DNA from: Bacteroidales bacterium
GTDB taxonomy: Bacteria > Bacteroidota > Bacteroidia > Bacteroidales > UBA12077
Length of the DNA: 52,542 nucleotides
Direction: 5' to 3'
Assembly: GCA_028282585.1 (NCBI GenBank)
Contig: JANQHR010000145.1
Coordinates: 1-52,542 of the forward strand
Below are positions 1 through 11,259 of the stretch, in pieces (the stretch's first letter is position 1; each line of letters begins with the position of its first letter). The notes under the pieces are model-generated. The model was not told where the DNA came from and did no database searches. It saw only the letters and a program-made list of their open reading frames with translations. The position numbers were made by a program, and so were the translations under genes.

Positions 1-1
1 G

Positions 2-484
2 GTTACGGTAAAGGGACCAAAAGGAGAAATTTCGCAGCAAGTAGACCCTGAAATCAAAATAGAAGTAAAAGAAAACCAGGTTGTAGTTGAAAGACCAAGG
101 GATGAAAAGAGACATAAATCATTACATGGCTTATATCGTTCATTAATTAACAATATGGTAGTTGGTGTATCGAAAGGATATACAATTAAGCAAGAGCTTG
201 TGGGTGTTGGATATAGAGCAGAAGCTAAAGGACAAATATTGGAGTTAAGCTTAGGTTTTTCTCATGATATTCATTTCCAAATACCTGTTGATGTTAAAGT
301 TGAAGCAGCGCAGGAAAGAAGAGCTAACCCTATTATAACTTTAACAAGTGTTAATAAACAATTAATAGGTGAAGTTGCTGCAAAAATACGTTCTCTTAGA
401 CCACCTGAACCATATAAAGGTAAAGGTATTAAGTTTGTCGGTGAGCAATTACGTAGAAAAGCCGGTAAATCTGCAAGTGTATAA
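2..484 (+). CDS. rplF: 50S ribosomal protein L6 (5'-truncated by window edge)
   Basis: Frame is open from base 2 (VTVKGPKGE...); contains GVGYRA and RPPEPYKGKGI motifs; precedes rplR. Confidence 0.97.
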   Translation, partial: VTVKGPKGEISQQVDPEIKIEVKENQVVVERPRDEKRHKSLHGLYRSLINNMVVGVSKGYTIKQELVGVGYRAEAKGQILELSLGFSHDIHFQIPVDVKVEAAQERRANPIITLTSVNKQLIGEVAAKIRSLRPPEPYKGKGIKFVGEQLRRKAGKSASV

Positions 485-503
485 CGTTTAAAAAACAAGA
501 GTC

Positions 504-863
504 ATGGCTTTAACAAAGCAAGAGAGAAGATTTAGAATAAAAAAGCGAATTCGTAAGCACATTAGCGGTTCTGCAACAAGACCAAGAATGTCTGTTTTTA
601 GAAGCAATAACCAGATTTATGTGCAGTTTATAGATGATCTTGAAGGAAAAACATTACTTTCAGTATGTTCTAGAAATAAAGAAATAGCTGAAAAAGGAAA
701 TGTGCCTAAAATGGAGCAAGCAAAATTAGTAGGTGATTTAGCTGCTAAAAAAGCTTTGGAAAATGGAATCAAAGAAGTTGTTTTCGATAGAAACGGCTAT
801 TTATATCATGGTAGAGTAAAATCATTAGCAGAGGCTGCCAGAGAGGGTGGACTTAAATTTTAA
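504..863 (+). CDS. rplR: 50S ribosomal protein L18
   Basis: [24 protein letters not shown]; spc operon order. Confidence 0.98.
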   Translation: MALTKQERRFRIKKRIRKHISGSATRPRMSVFRSNNQIYVQFIDDLEGKTLLSVCSRNKEIAEKGNVPKMEQAKLVGDLAAKKALENGIKEVVFDRNGYLYHGRVKSLAEAAREGGLKF

Positions 864-874
864 GATAAGATATT

Positions 875-1390
875 ATGTCAACAAGTATAAGAAAAGTTAA
901 AACCAGCGATTTAGAATTAAAGGACAGACTCGTTAGTATTCAAAGAGTAACAAAAGTTACTAAAGGGGGTCGTAATTTTGGTTTTACTGCCATTGTTGTT
1001 GTTGGTAACGAAGATGGTATCGTAGGTTACGGTCTTGGTAAGGCAAAAGAGGTAACAACCGCAATCGCAAAAGGAGTTGAAGCTGCAAAGAAAAATTTAG
1101 TTAAAGTTCCTATTTATAAAGGAACAATTCCGCACGAACAAATTTCTCGCTTTGGCGGTGCACAGGTTTTTCTAAAACCTGCTTCAAGTGGTACAGGAGT
1201 AAAAGCGGGTGGTGCAATGCGTGCGGTACTAGAGAGTGTTGGTGTTACCGATGTATTAGCAAAATCTAAGGGATCAAGTAATCCTCATAACTTAGTGAAA
1301 GCTACGATTAATGCATTATTACAATTACGCGATGCAAGATCAGTAGCCGAACAAAGAGGTGTAACCCTTGACAAAGTATTTAATGGATAA
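875..1390 (+). CDS. rpsE: 30S ribosomal protein S5
   Basis: [22 protein letters not shown]. Confidence 0.98.
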   Translation: MSTSIRKVKTSDLELKDRLVSIQRVTKVTKGGRNFGFTAIVVVGNEDGIVGYGLGKAKEVTTAIAKGVEAAKKNLVKVPIYKGTIPHEQISRFGGAQVFLKPASSGTGVKAGGAMRAVLESVGVTDVLAKSKGSSNPHNLVKATINALLQLRDARSVAEQRGVTLDKVFNG

Positions 1391-1410
1391 TGACCTTTAA
1401 TTAAAATCTC

Positions 1411-1590
1411 ATGGCGAAGATAAAAGTTACACAAATAAAGAGCGGGATTGGAAGTACCAAACGCCAAAAAAGAACCTTAGAAGCACTTGGTATTCGTAAG
1501 TTGAATAATACAGTGGAGGTTGAAAGTACACCTCAAATACAAGGTATGATTGCCAAGGTAAGACATTTACTAAAGGTTGAAGAAAAGTAA
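1411..1590 (+). CDS. rpmD: 50S ribosomal protein L30 (not in ORF track)
   Basis: Hand translation MAKIKVTQIKSGIGSTKRQKRTLEALGIRKLNNTVEVESTPQIQGMIAKVRHLLKVEEK; lies between rpsE and rplO. Confidence 0.96.
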   Translation: MAKIKVTQIKSGIGSTKRQKRTLEALGIRKLNNTVEVESTPQIQGMIAKVRHLLKVEEK

Positions 1591-1614
1591 TAACGATTAA
1601 TTGAAAGTAAAGAT

Positions 1615-2061
1615 ATGGATTTAAGTAACTTAAAACCAGCTGAAAATTCAACAAAAACTAACAAAAGAGTAGGTCGAGGACAAGGATCAGGTAAAGGTGG
1701 AACTTCTACAAGAGGTCATAAAGGACAAAAGTCGAGATCTGGGTACTCAAAGAAAGTTGGTTTTGAAGGTGGACAAATGCCTTTACAGCGTCGTGTACCA
1801 AAATTTGGTTTCACAAATATTTCGCGTAAAGAATATAAAGGAATTAATATAGAGACTTTAGAAAAATTAGCTGAAAAGAAAGGTTTAACTACAATTGATG
1901 TTGAAGCTTTAGTTGATGCTGGATTAGTAAAGAAGAATGCCTTGGTTAAAATCTTAGGTAATGGAACACTTACTAAAAAATTAGAAGTAAAAGCTCATGC
2001 TTTTTCTAAATCAGCTCAAGAGGCAATTGAAAAAGTAGAAGGAACCATAGTAAAATTATAA
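1615..2061 (+). CDS. rplO: 50S ribosomal protein L15
   Basis: GRGQGSGKGGTSTRGHKGQ, GFEGGQMPLQRRVPK. Confidence 0.98.
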   Translation: MDLSNLKPAENSTKTNKRVGRGQGSGKGGTSTRGHKGQKSRSGYSKKVGFEGGQMPLQRRVPKFGFTNISRKEYKGINIETLEKLAEKKGLTTIDVEALVDAGLVKKNALVKILGNGTLTKKLEVKAHAFSKSAQEAIEKVEGTIVKL

Positions 2062-2065
2062 TTTA

Positions 2066-3406
2066 ATGAGAGCCTTAATACAGACAATAAAGAATATAGC
2101 TAAAATTGAAGACCTTAGGTATCGTATTGTTTATACTTTATTTATACTATTAATTTATCGGTTAGGTAGTTTTATTAGTTTACCAGGTATTGATCCAAGT
2201 CAACTAGCTGCATTAAAAAATCAAACTTCTGAAGGTGTTTTAGGTCTTTTAAACATGTTTTCAGGTGGTGCATTTGCAAATGCATCTATTTTTGCGTTGG
2301 GTATCATGCCTTATATTTCTGCTTCTATTGTAATTCAGTTATTGGGAATTGCTATTCCGTATTTCCAAAGATTGCAACGTGAAGGAGAAAGTGGTAGGAG
2401 AAAAATTAACCAAATTACAAGGTATCTAACTGTAGCTATTTTAATAATGCAGGCTCCAGCTTACTTGAGGAACTTACAAGTTCAGCTACCTGAAGCAGCG
2501 TTTGTATTAAAAGGAACCTTTTTCTGGTTTTCGTCAGTTGTAATTCTTACATCAGGAACCATGTTTGTAATGTGGCTTGGTGAAAAAATTACCGATAAAG
2601 GTATTGGTAATGGTATTTCATTAATCATTATGATTGGTATCATTGCTAATTTACCATTTGCGTTTTTTGCAGAATTTATCAGTAGATTAGAAGATCAGGG
2701 AGGTGGTTTAGTAGCTTTCTTACTAGAAATAGTTATATTGTTCTTTGTATTTATTGCAACAATTTTATTAGTTCAGGGTACAAGAAAAATCCCTGTACAA
2801 TATGCTAAGAGAATCGTTGGTAACAAGCAATACGGAGGTGTTCGACAATATATACCATTGAAAGTAAATTCTGCAGGTGTAATGCCTATCATTTTTGCAC
2901 AAGCTTTAATGTTTATTCCATTAACCATTGCTGGATTTGCGAATTCAGAAACTCTAACAGGTTTCGCGGCTGCATTTGCAAATATTACTGGCTTTTGGTA
3001 CAATTTTACTTTTGCAATAATGATTATTCTCTTTACATATTTTTATACTGCCATTACAATAAATCCTTCTCAAATGGCAGAAGATATGAAAAGAAATGGA
3101 GGGTTTATTCCGGGAGTAAAACCTGGTAGAAAAACAGTTGAATTCTTGGATACAGTTATGTCAAGAATTACGCTACCGGGATCTATATTCTTAGCAATAA
3201 TTGCTATCTTACCAGCTTTTGCACAATTAGGTGGTGTTAATAGTCAATTTGCGCAGTTTTATGGTGGAACATCATTATTAATTCTAGTAGGTGTTGTTTT
3301 AGATACTTTACAACAAATTGAAAGTCATCTATTAATGAGACACTATGATGGATTAATGAAATCTGGAAGAATTAAAGGTAGAGCTGGTGGAGGTTCTGCT
3401 ATTTAA
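2066..3406 (+). CDS. secY: Preprotein translocase SecY
   Basis: SIFALGIMPYISASI, GIGNGISL, FIPGVKPG; multi-TM. Confidence 0.98.
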   Translation: MRALIQTIKNIAKIEDLRYRIVYTLFILLIYRLGSFISLPGIDPSQLAALKNQTSEGVLGLLNMFSGGAFANASIFALGIMPYISASIVIQLLGIAIPYFQRLQREGESGRRKINQITRYLTVAILIMQAPAYLRNLQVQLPEAAFVLKGTFFWFSSVVILTSGTMFVMWLGEKITDKGIGNGISLIIMIGIIANLPFAFFAEFISRLEDQGGGLVAFLLEIVILFFVFIATILLVQGTRKIPVQYAKRIVGNKQYGGVRQYIPLKVNSAGVMPIIFAQALMFIPLTIAGFANSETLTGFAAAFANITGFWYNFTFAIMIILFTYFYTAITINPSQMAEDMKRNGGFIPGVKPGRKTVEFLDTVMSRITLPGSIFLAIIAILPAFAQLGGVNSQFAQFYGGTSLLILVGVVLDTLQQIESHLLMRHYDGLMKSGRIKGRAGGGSAI

Positions 3407-3432
3407 TTCTAAAAATATTATTACAACGTTCT

Positions 3433-4215
3433 TTGATGTTAGTTTATAAGTCAGAAGAGGAAATCGAAATTATCCGAAGAAACAATTTGCTAGTTTCAAA
3501 AACTCTGGCTGAAGTTGCAAAGCTTATTAAACCTGGTGTTACAACATTAGAATTGGATAAGCGAGCGGAAGAATATATTAGAGATAATGGAGCGGTACCC
3601 GGTTTTTTAGGTTATGGCGGATATCCAAATACATTGTGCACTTCAGTTAACGATCAGGTGGTACATGGAATACCTTCTGATTATGTTTTGAAAAATGGCG
3701 ATATTGTTTCGGTTGATTGCGGAACTTTTATGGATGGCTATTATGGAGATACGGCATATACATTCCCAGTTGGAGAGGTAAGTGAAGAAGCAATGAATTT
3801 GCTTAAAGTCACAAAAGAATCCTTATTCAAAGGAATTGAAAATGCGGTTGTAGGAAAAAGAATAGGAGATGTTGGAAATGCCGTTCAGGTTCATGCAGAA
3901 AATGCTGGTTATTCAGTTGTAAGAGAAATGGTAGGGCACGGATTAGGTAAAAATATGCATGAGGCACCGGAAGTACCTAATTACGGAAAAAGAGGAAGAG
4001 GAGTACTTCTTAAGGAAGGTTTGGTTTTATGTATTGAGCCAATGATAAATATGGGAAGTAAATATATTCGACAGGAAAACGATGGGTGGACTATAAAAAC
4101 GATTGATGGAAAACCATCAGCTCATTATGAACTAGCAGTTGTTGTAAATAAAGGAAAAGCAGATATATTATCAACATTTGATTATATAGAAGAAACAACA
4201 AAATATAAGATTTAA
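3433..4215 (+). CDS. map: Type I methionine aminopeptidase
   Basis: VVHGIP, DIVSVD, GHGLG..HE, IEPM, SAHYE; start may be the ATG at 3436. Confidence 0.96.
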   Translation: MMLVYKSEEEIEIIRRNNLLVSKTLAEVAKLIKPGVTTLELDKRAEEYIRDNGAVPGFLGYGGYPNTLCTSVNDQVVHGIPSDYVLKNGDIVSVDCGTFMDGYYGDTAYTFPVGEVSEEAMNLLKVTKESLFKGIENAVVGKRIGDVGNAVQVHAENAGYSVVREMVGHGLGKNMHEAPEVPNYGKRGRGVLLKEGLVLCIEPMINMGSKYIRQENDGWTIKTIDGKPSAHYELAVVVNKGKADILSTFDYIEETTKYKI

Positions 4216-4218
4216 TTT

Positions 4219-4437
4219 ATGGCAAAACAACCTTCGATTGAACAAGACGGAACTATTATTGAAGCTTTATCGAACGCAATGTTCAGAGTAGAGCTTGAAA
4301 ATGGTCACGTAATAACAGCTCATATTTCTGGTAAAATGAGAATGCATTACATTAAAATTTTACCTGGAGATAAAGTTAAGGTTGAGATGTCACCTTATGA
4401 TCTTACTAAGGGAAGAATAACATATAGATATAAATAA
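4219..4437 (+). CDS. infA: Translation initiation factor IF-1
   Basis: [18 protein letters not shown]. Confidence 0.98.
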   Translation: MAKQPSIEQDGTIIEALSNAMFRVELENGHVITAHISGKMRMHYIKILPGDKVKVEMSPYDLTKGRITYRYK

Positions 4438-4449
4438 AAAAATTGAGAA

Positions 4450-4566
4450 ATGAAAGTCAGAGCATCTGTTAAAAAACGCAGTAGCGATTGCAAAATTGTT
4501 AGACGCAAAGGTAGACTATACGTTATTAACAAAAAAAATCCCAAGTTTAAGCAGCGTCAGGGATAA
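4450..4566 (+). CDS. rpmJ: 50S ribosomal protein L36 (not in ORF track)
   Basis: Hand translation [38 protein letters not shown]. Confidence 0.97.
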   Translation: MKVRASVKKRSSDCKIVRRKGRLYVINKKNPKFKQRQG

Positions 4567-4604
4567 ATTATTATTTTTGTACTTTTAATTTTTAAAAAAG
4601 ATTT

Positions 4605-4982
4605 ATGGCAAGAATTGTTGGAGTAGATTTACCAAAGAATAAAAGAGGTGTAATAGGTTTAACCTATATCTACGGAATTGGTCGTAGTACTGCAGAAGCT
4701 ATTCTGGATGAAGCAGGAATTGATTATGATATAAAAGTAAAAGACTGGAACGACGAGCATATTGCAAAAGTCAGAAAAGTAGTGAACGAAAAGTACAAAG
4801 TTGAAGGTGCTTTACGTTCCGAAACACAAATGAACATTAAGCGATTAATGGATATTGGTTGTTACAGAGGTATTCGTCATCGTATTGGTCTTCCTGTTAG
4901 AGGGCAAAGTACAAAGAATAACGCGAGAACCAGAAAAGGAAAAAAGAAAACGATTGCTAATAAAAAGAAAGCAACTAAATAA
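4605..4982 (+). CDS. rpsM: 30S ribosomal protein S13
   Basis: [29 protein letters not shown]. Confidence 0.98.
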   Translation: MARIVGVDLPKNKRGVIGLTYIYGIGRSTAEAILDEAGIDYDIKVKDWNDEHIAKVRKVVNEKYKVEGALRSETQMNIKRLMDIGCYRGIRHRIGLPVRGQSTKNNARTRKGKKKTIANKKKATK

Positions 4983-4993
4983 TAGTTAAGGAA

Positions 4994-5383
4994 ATGGCAA
5001 AAAAGACTGGATCATCTAGGAAAAGAGTTGTAAAGGTTGAAGCTTCGGGACAAGCGCACATTCATGCTTCTTTTAATAACATTATTATTTCATTAACAAA
5101 TAATAATGGACAGGTAATTTCTTGGTCTTCATCTGGAAAGATGGGTTTTAGAGGATCTAAGAAAAATACTCCTTATGCAGCACAAATGGCTGCCGAAGAT
5201 TGTGCAAAAGTAGCTTACGACTTAGGGTTGAGAAAAGTAAAAGTATTTGTAAAAGGACCTGGTGCTGGTAGAGAGTCTGCTATCCGTACTATCCATAATG
5301 CTGGTATCGAAGTTACTGAAATTACGGATGTAACTCCATTACCACATAATGGTTGTCGTCCACCAGCACGTAGAAGAGTTTAA
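4994..5383 (+). CDS. rpsK: 30S ribosomal protein S11
   Basis: [23 protein letters not shown]. Confidence 0.98.
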   Translation: MAKKTGSSRKRVVKVEASGQAHIHASFNNIIISLTNNNGQVISWSSSGKMGFRGSKKNTPYAAQMAAEDCAKVAYDLGLRKVKVFVKGPGAGRESAIRTIHNAGIEVTEITDVTPLPHNGCRPPARRRV

Positions 5384-5429
5384 TACGTGTTTAAATTAGT
5401 TGATTGAAAAAGATTAATATTAAAGATTC

Positions 5430-6038
5430 ATGGCTAGATATATTGGACCAAAATCGAAAATAGCGAGGAAATTAGGAGAACCTGTTTACGGACCTGATAA
5501 ACATTTTGAGAAGAAAAATTATCCTCCTGGAGAACAAGGTGCGAATAAAAGAAGAAAGAAAGTATCTGAATATGGTATTCAGTTAATGGAAAAGCAAAAA
5601 GCTAAGTACACTTATGGTGTTTTAGAAAAGCAATTCTTTAACTTATTCGAACAAGCTTCAAGAAAAAAGGGTATTACAGGTGAAAACTTGTTGCAATTAC
5701 TAGAATCACGTTTGGACAATGTAGTGTTCAGAATGAGTATTGCTCCTACAAGAGCTGCTGCAAGACAGTTTGTAACTCATAAGCATATTACAGTTAATGG
5801 ACATGTTGTTAATGTTCCATCATATACTGTAAAAGCTAATGATATTATTGGTGTTAGAGAAAAATCAAAATCTCTTGAGGCTATAACAAGCAGTTTATCA
5901 TCAGCTCGTTACAACAAATATTCTTGGCTTGAATGGGATAATGATCAGATGGCAGGGAAATTCTTAAATGTACCTGAAAGATCAGAAATTCCTGAGAATA
6001 TTAAAGAACAGTTAATCGTAGAATTATATTCTAAATAA
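5430..6038 (+). CDS. rpsD: 30S ribosomal protein S4
   Basis: [18 protein letters not shown]. Confidence 0.98.
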   Translation: MARYIGPKSKIARKLGEPVYGPDKHFEKKNYPPGEQGANKRRKKVSEYGIQLMEKQKAKYTYGVLEKQFFNLFEQASRKKGITGENLLQLLESRLDNVVFRMSIAPTRAAARQFVTHKHITVNGHVVNVPSYTVKANDIIGVREKSKSLEAITSSLSSARYNKYSWLEWDNDQMAGKFLNVPERSEIPENIKEQLIVELYSK

Positions 6039-6057
6039 AAATAATTACTCATTATTT

Positions 6058-7050
6058 ATGGCAATTTTAGCATTTCAAAAGCCCGATAAGGTCATAATGG
6101 TTGAGGCAAACGAAACGTACGGTAAGTTTGAGTTTCGTCCTTTAGAACCAGGATATGGAATCACAGTCGGCAATTCTTTAAGAAGGATTCTTCTATCATC
6201 ATTAGAAGGATACGCCATTACAGCAATTAAAATTGAAGGTGTAGAACATGAATTTTCTACAATCGCTGGTGTTGTTCAAGATGTTAGTGAAATTATCCTT
6301 AACTTAAAGCAAGTACGCTTTAAATGCAATGTAGAAGAAGCAGAAGATGAGAAATTTACTGTAACTATAACAGGGCAAAATGAATTTAAAGCTGGAGATA
6401 TAAATAACTTTTCAACCAATTTTAAAATTTTAAATCCTGATCACGTTATTTGTGAAATGGAGCCAGATGTAAAACTTCAAATGGAAATATCTGTAAACAA
6501 AGGCAGAGGATACGTTCCTTCAGAAGAAAACAAACCGGTTGATGGAGAATTTGGCATTATTGCTATAGATTCTATTTATACTCCTATCAAGAACGTAAAA
6601 TACACAATCGAAAACTATCGTGTAGAGCAAAAAACCGACTTCGAAAAACTAATTTTCGAAATTGAGTCTGACGGGTCAATTCATCCAAAAGAAGCATTAA
6701 AAGAAGCAGCTAAAATTCTGATTTATCATTTAATGTTATTCTCTGATGAAAAGATAACACTTGATTCTGATGAAAAATATGCAAACGAGGAGTTCGATGA
6801 GGAAGTATTGCATATGCGTCAGCTTCTAAAAACTAGATTAGTTGATATGGATCTTTCGGTAAGAGCATTAAATTGCTTAAAAGCTGCTGAAGTTGATACA
6901 TTAGGAGATCTGGTTAAATACAATAAAAACGATTTATTGAAGTTCAGAAACTTTGGTAAAAAGTCATTAACAGAATTAGAAGATTTACTTAGCCAAATGA
7001 ATTTGACATTTGGAATGGATATCACTAAGTATAAATTAGACAAAGAGTAA
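6058..7050 (+). CDS. rpoA: RNA polymerase alpha subunit
   Basis: [37 protein letters not shown]. Confidence 0.98.
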   Translation: MAILAFQKPDKVIMVEANETYGKFEFRPLEPGYGITVGNSLRRILLSSLEGYAITAIKIEGVEHEFSTIAGVVQDVSEIILNLKQVRFKCNVEEAEDEKFTVTITGQNEFKAGDINNFSTNFKILNPDHVICEMEPDVKLQMEISVNKGRGYVPSEENKPVDGEFGIIAIDSIYTPIKNVKYTIENYRVEQKTDFEKLIFEIESDGSIHPKEALKEAAKILIYHLMLFSDEKITLDSDEKYANEEFDEEVLHMRQLLKTRLVDMDLSVRALNCLKAAEVDTLGDLVKYNKNDLLKFRNFGKKSLTELEDLLSQMNLTFGMDITKYKLDKE

Positions 7051-7056
7051 ACGGAG

Positions 7057-7767
7057 ATGAGACATAGAAAATCATTTAACCACTTAGGAAGAAAGAGTGC
7101 GCATAGAAAGGCAATGTTGGCAAACATGGCAGCGTCGTTGGTTTTACATAAAAGAATTACAACTACAACTGCTAAAGCAAAAGCTCTTAAAATGTATGTT
7201 GAGCCTTTAATTACCAAGGCTAAAGATGATTCAACTCATTCGAGAAGGGTTGTATTTAGTTACTTACAAAATAAAGATGCTGTCACAGAGCTTTTCAGAG
7301 AGGTTGGGACAAAAGTAGCAGATAGACCAGGTGGTTATACAAGAATATTAAAAACAGGAACTCGTTTAGGAGATAATGCTGATATGTGTATCATTGAGTT
7401 AGTTGACTATAATGAGAACTTATTAGCAGCTAAGGAAGAAACAACTAAGAAATCAACAAGACGTAGAAGGGGTGGTAGTAAAAAAGCTACAGCTCAGGCA
7501 ACGGAACAAGTTGAAACCGCTGTAACAGAAGAAGCTCCAGAAGAAGTTAAAGCTGAAGATACAACTGTCGTAGAAGAACCGAAAGCAAAGGTTGAAGCAA
7601 AAGAGGAAGTTAAACCTGATAGCATTTCCGCCGACAAGGCAGATCCGACAAGTGAGGCTGAAACCGTTGAAGCTAAAACAGAGGAAAAAGTAGAAGATAA
7701 GAAGAAAGAAGAACCTGCTAAGGAAGAAAAGAAAGAGGAAGGCACTGAAGAGAAAACAGAAGAGTAA
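7057..7767 (+). CDS. rplQ: 50S ribosomal protein L17 with long acidic C-terminal tail
   Basis: [15 protein letters not shown]; about 110 aa E/K/T/A-rich extension. Confidence 0.97.
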   Translation: MRHRKSFNHLGRKSAHRKAMLANMAASLVLHKRITTTTAKAKALKMYVEPLITKAKDDSTHSRRVVFSYLQNKDAVTELFREVGTKVADRPGGYTRILKTGTRLGDNADMCIIELVDYNENLLAAKEETTKKSTRRRRGGSKKATAQATEQVETAVTEEAPEEVKAEDTTVVEEPKAKVEAKEEVKPDSISADKADPTSEAETVEAKTEEKVEDKKKEEPAKEEKKEEGTEEKTEE

Positions 7768-7785
7768 AAAATACTTCATATATTT

Positions 7786-7813
7786 AAAAGGGCGGTTAAT
7801 ACCGCCTTTTTTT
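7786..7813 (+). terminator. Intrinsic terminator of ribosomal operon
   Basis: aaaagggcggt-taat-accgccttttttt hairpin plus U tract. Confidence 0.88.
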
Positions 7814-7859
7814 ATGAATTTATTAAACATTACTTTATTTAAAAATGCCTAAAATTGAC

Positions 7860-7867
7860 TAAATTTG
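7860..7867 (+). promoter_or_regulatory. Bacteroidota sigma-A -7 element for eno
   Basis: TAAATTTG matches TAnnTTTG, about 45 nt upstream of the ATG. Confidence 0.55.
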
Positions 7868-7901
7868 ATAGCTTATTGGGTTTTTATAAATATTAATTTA
7901 A

Positions 7902-9197
<1,296 letters not shown>

Positions 9198-9216
9198 ATT
9201 CTTTAAATAATCAATC

Positions 9217-9254
9217 AAAGGCTGGAAACTGATTATGGATTTCAGCCTTTTTTT
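9217..9254 (+). terminator. Intrinsic terminator after eno
   Basis: aaaggctggaa...ttcagccttttttt. Confidence 0.8.
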
Positions 9255-9286
9255 GTATATTTCAACTCTACTCATAAATTAAGCTT

Positions 9287-11185
9287 ATGGCATATAAATC
9301 ATTACTTCAATACATAGATAGATTAGAAATGAAAGGAGAACTGATTCGTGTTAAAGAATTTGTTGATCCTGAGTTAGAAATAACGGAAGTTATAGATCGT
9401 TTATCCAAATCAGAGGATGGCGGAAAAGCACTTTTATTTGAAAATACCGGAACTGGCTTTCCTCTACTTATAAACGCAATGGGTTCTTATAAAAGAATGT
9501 GTATATCATTGGGAGTAAAGTCTTTAGATGATTTCGGAAAGGAAATTGAAGAATTGTTTACAGATATAACCGGACCAAAATCAAATATTTTTGATAAGTT
9601 GAAACTTTTACCCAAGCTATCAAGCATTTCCTCTTGGATGCCCAAAACTATTGCAGGCAGAGGTAAATCACAAGAAGTTATTTGCAAAGAACCTGATCTA
9701 AGTAAGTTGCCTGTACTGAAGTGTTGGCCAGAAGATGGAGGTCCGTTTGTAACTCTACCAATGGTAATTACAAAAGATCCAGTTTCGGGAATTAGAAATG
9801 TTGGGATGTACCGAATGCAGGTTTTTGAGAAAGATTTAACAGGAATGCATTGGCATAAGCACAAAGTTGGAGCAAGACACTTTGATGAATATAAAAAAAT
9901 GGGTAAAAAGATGCCAATTGCTGTTGCTTTGGGTGGAGATCCGGCATATACTTATGCTGCTACTGCACCCTTACCAGATAATGTAGATGAGTTTTTGTTA
10001 GCAGGATTTTTGAGGAAACAAAAGGTGGAATTAATAAAATGTATAACACAGGATATAGAAGTTCCAGTTGATGCTGATATAATCATTGAAGGTTATGTTG
10101 ATCCTGAGGAAGATTTTATTTGGGAGGGTCCATTTGGTGATCATACAGGATTTTATTCATTAGCTGATTGGTATCCTAAATTTCATGTTACGTGCATAAC
10201 CCATCGAAAAGATGCTGTTTATCCGGCCACAATTGTTGGGGTACCTCCAATGGAAGATGCCTGGATAGGAAAGGCGACAGAACGCATTTTTTTAGCGCCA
10301 ATTCGTTTAGCAATGTTACCTGAAATTATTGATTATGATTTACCTTTTGAAGGTGTTGCTCATAATATTACAGTAGTAAAAATCAATAAAACTTATCCGG
10401 GACAAGCTCTAAAGGTTATGCATGCTCTTTGGGGAGCAGGACAAATGATGTTTAATAAAATAATGATTGTTGTAGATCAGGACATTAATGTTCATAATTA
10501 CAAAGAGTTAGCAAAAATCATATATGATAATTTAAATCCCGAAAGCGATATTCACTTTAGCACTGGTCCTTTAGATGTTTTGGATCATTCATCTTCAAAA
10601 TATACCTTTGGAAGTAAACTGGGCATTGATGCAACTAAAAAATTTAAAGAAGAAATTGATGAATCAATTTTAATCAATAAAGTTGAACCTAAAGAATTTA
10701 ATATTGATGAATTAAATATATCCCCTGAAATTCAGGAACTTAAATTGCTTGCAGAATACGGCATTTTAGTTGTGTCAATTAAAAAGGAAAGCAAACAACA
10801 AACTGAGAGATTATCGGAACTATTATATAAACAAAAAGCTTTATCATCTATAAAAATCATAATTTTTGTAGACCATGAGATCGATATCGAAGATGTAAGT
10901 ATGATAGCTTGGATTTCATCAGGAAATATTGACCCAAAAAGAGACTCGGTAATTTTAAAAGGGAATGAAAAAACTTGCTCAAAAGTATTTATAGACGCAA
11001 CTAGAAAATCATTAAAACGTGATGGTTTTAAAAGAGATTGGCCAAATGTCGTAGTTTCTGATGAGGAAACAATAAAAAAAATTGATCAAAAATGGAATAA
11101 TTTAGGATTAGGAGATTTTATTGTTTCACCTTCTTTAAAGTATAGAAAACTAAATAGAAATAAAGGTGCTGTTGCAAATGATTAA
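9287..11185 (+). CDS. UbiD-family prFMN decarboxylase, menaquinone (futalosine pathway, MqnL-like) type
   Basis: NVGMYRMQ, EGPFGDHTGFY, GVPPMED, GIDAT; long form with duplicated C-terminal subdomain. Confidence 0.85.
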   Translation: MAYKSLLQYIDRLEMKGELIRVKEFVDPELEITEVIDRLSKSEDGGKALLFENTGTGFPLLINAMGSYKRMCISLGVKSLDDFGKEIEELFTDITGPKSNIFDKLKLLPKLSSISSWMPKTIAGRGKSQEVICKEPDLSKLPVLKCWPEDGGPFVTLPMVITKDPVSGIRNVGMYRMQVFEKDLTGMHWHKHKVGARHFDEYKKMGKKMPIAVALGGDPAYTYAATAPLPDNVDEFLLAGFLRKQKVELIKCITQDIEVPVDADIIIEGYVDPEEDFIWEGPFGDHTGFYSLADWYPKFHVTCITHRKDAVYPATIVGVPPMEDAWIGKATERIFLAPIRLAMLPEIIDYDLPFEGVAHNITVVKINKTYPGQALKVMHALWGAGQMMFNKIMIVVDQDINVHNYKELAKIIYDNLNPESDIHFSTGPLDVLDHSSSKYTFGSKLGIDATKKFKEEIDESILINKVEPKEFNIDELNISPEIQELKLLAEYGILVVSIKKESKQQTERLSELLYKQKALSSIKIIIFVDHEIDIEDVSMIAWISSGNIDPKRDSVILKGNEKTCSKVFIDATRKSLKRDGFKRDWPNVVVSDEETIKKIDQKWNNLGLGDFIVSPSLKYRKLNRNKGAVAND

Positions 11186-11259
11186 TTATTAATTTAAATA
11201 AGTATATACGGTTATCACTTTGCTTTCACCTGATTAAATATTAAATTAGCAATAAATAA

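Noticed and set aside
3406-3433. No adk between secY and map
   Set aside because: Normal gene order for this phylum
4450-4566. L36 lacks the zinc-ribbon Cys/His set
   Set aside because: Usual form in Bacteroidota
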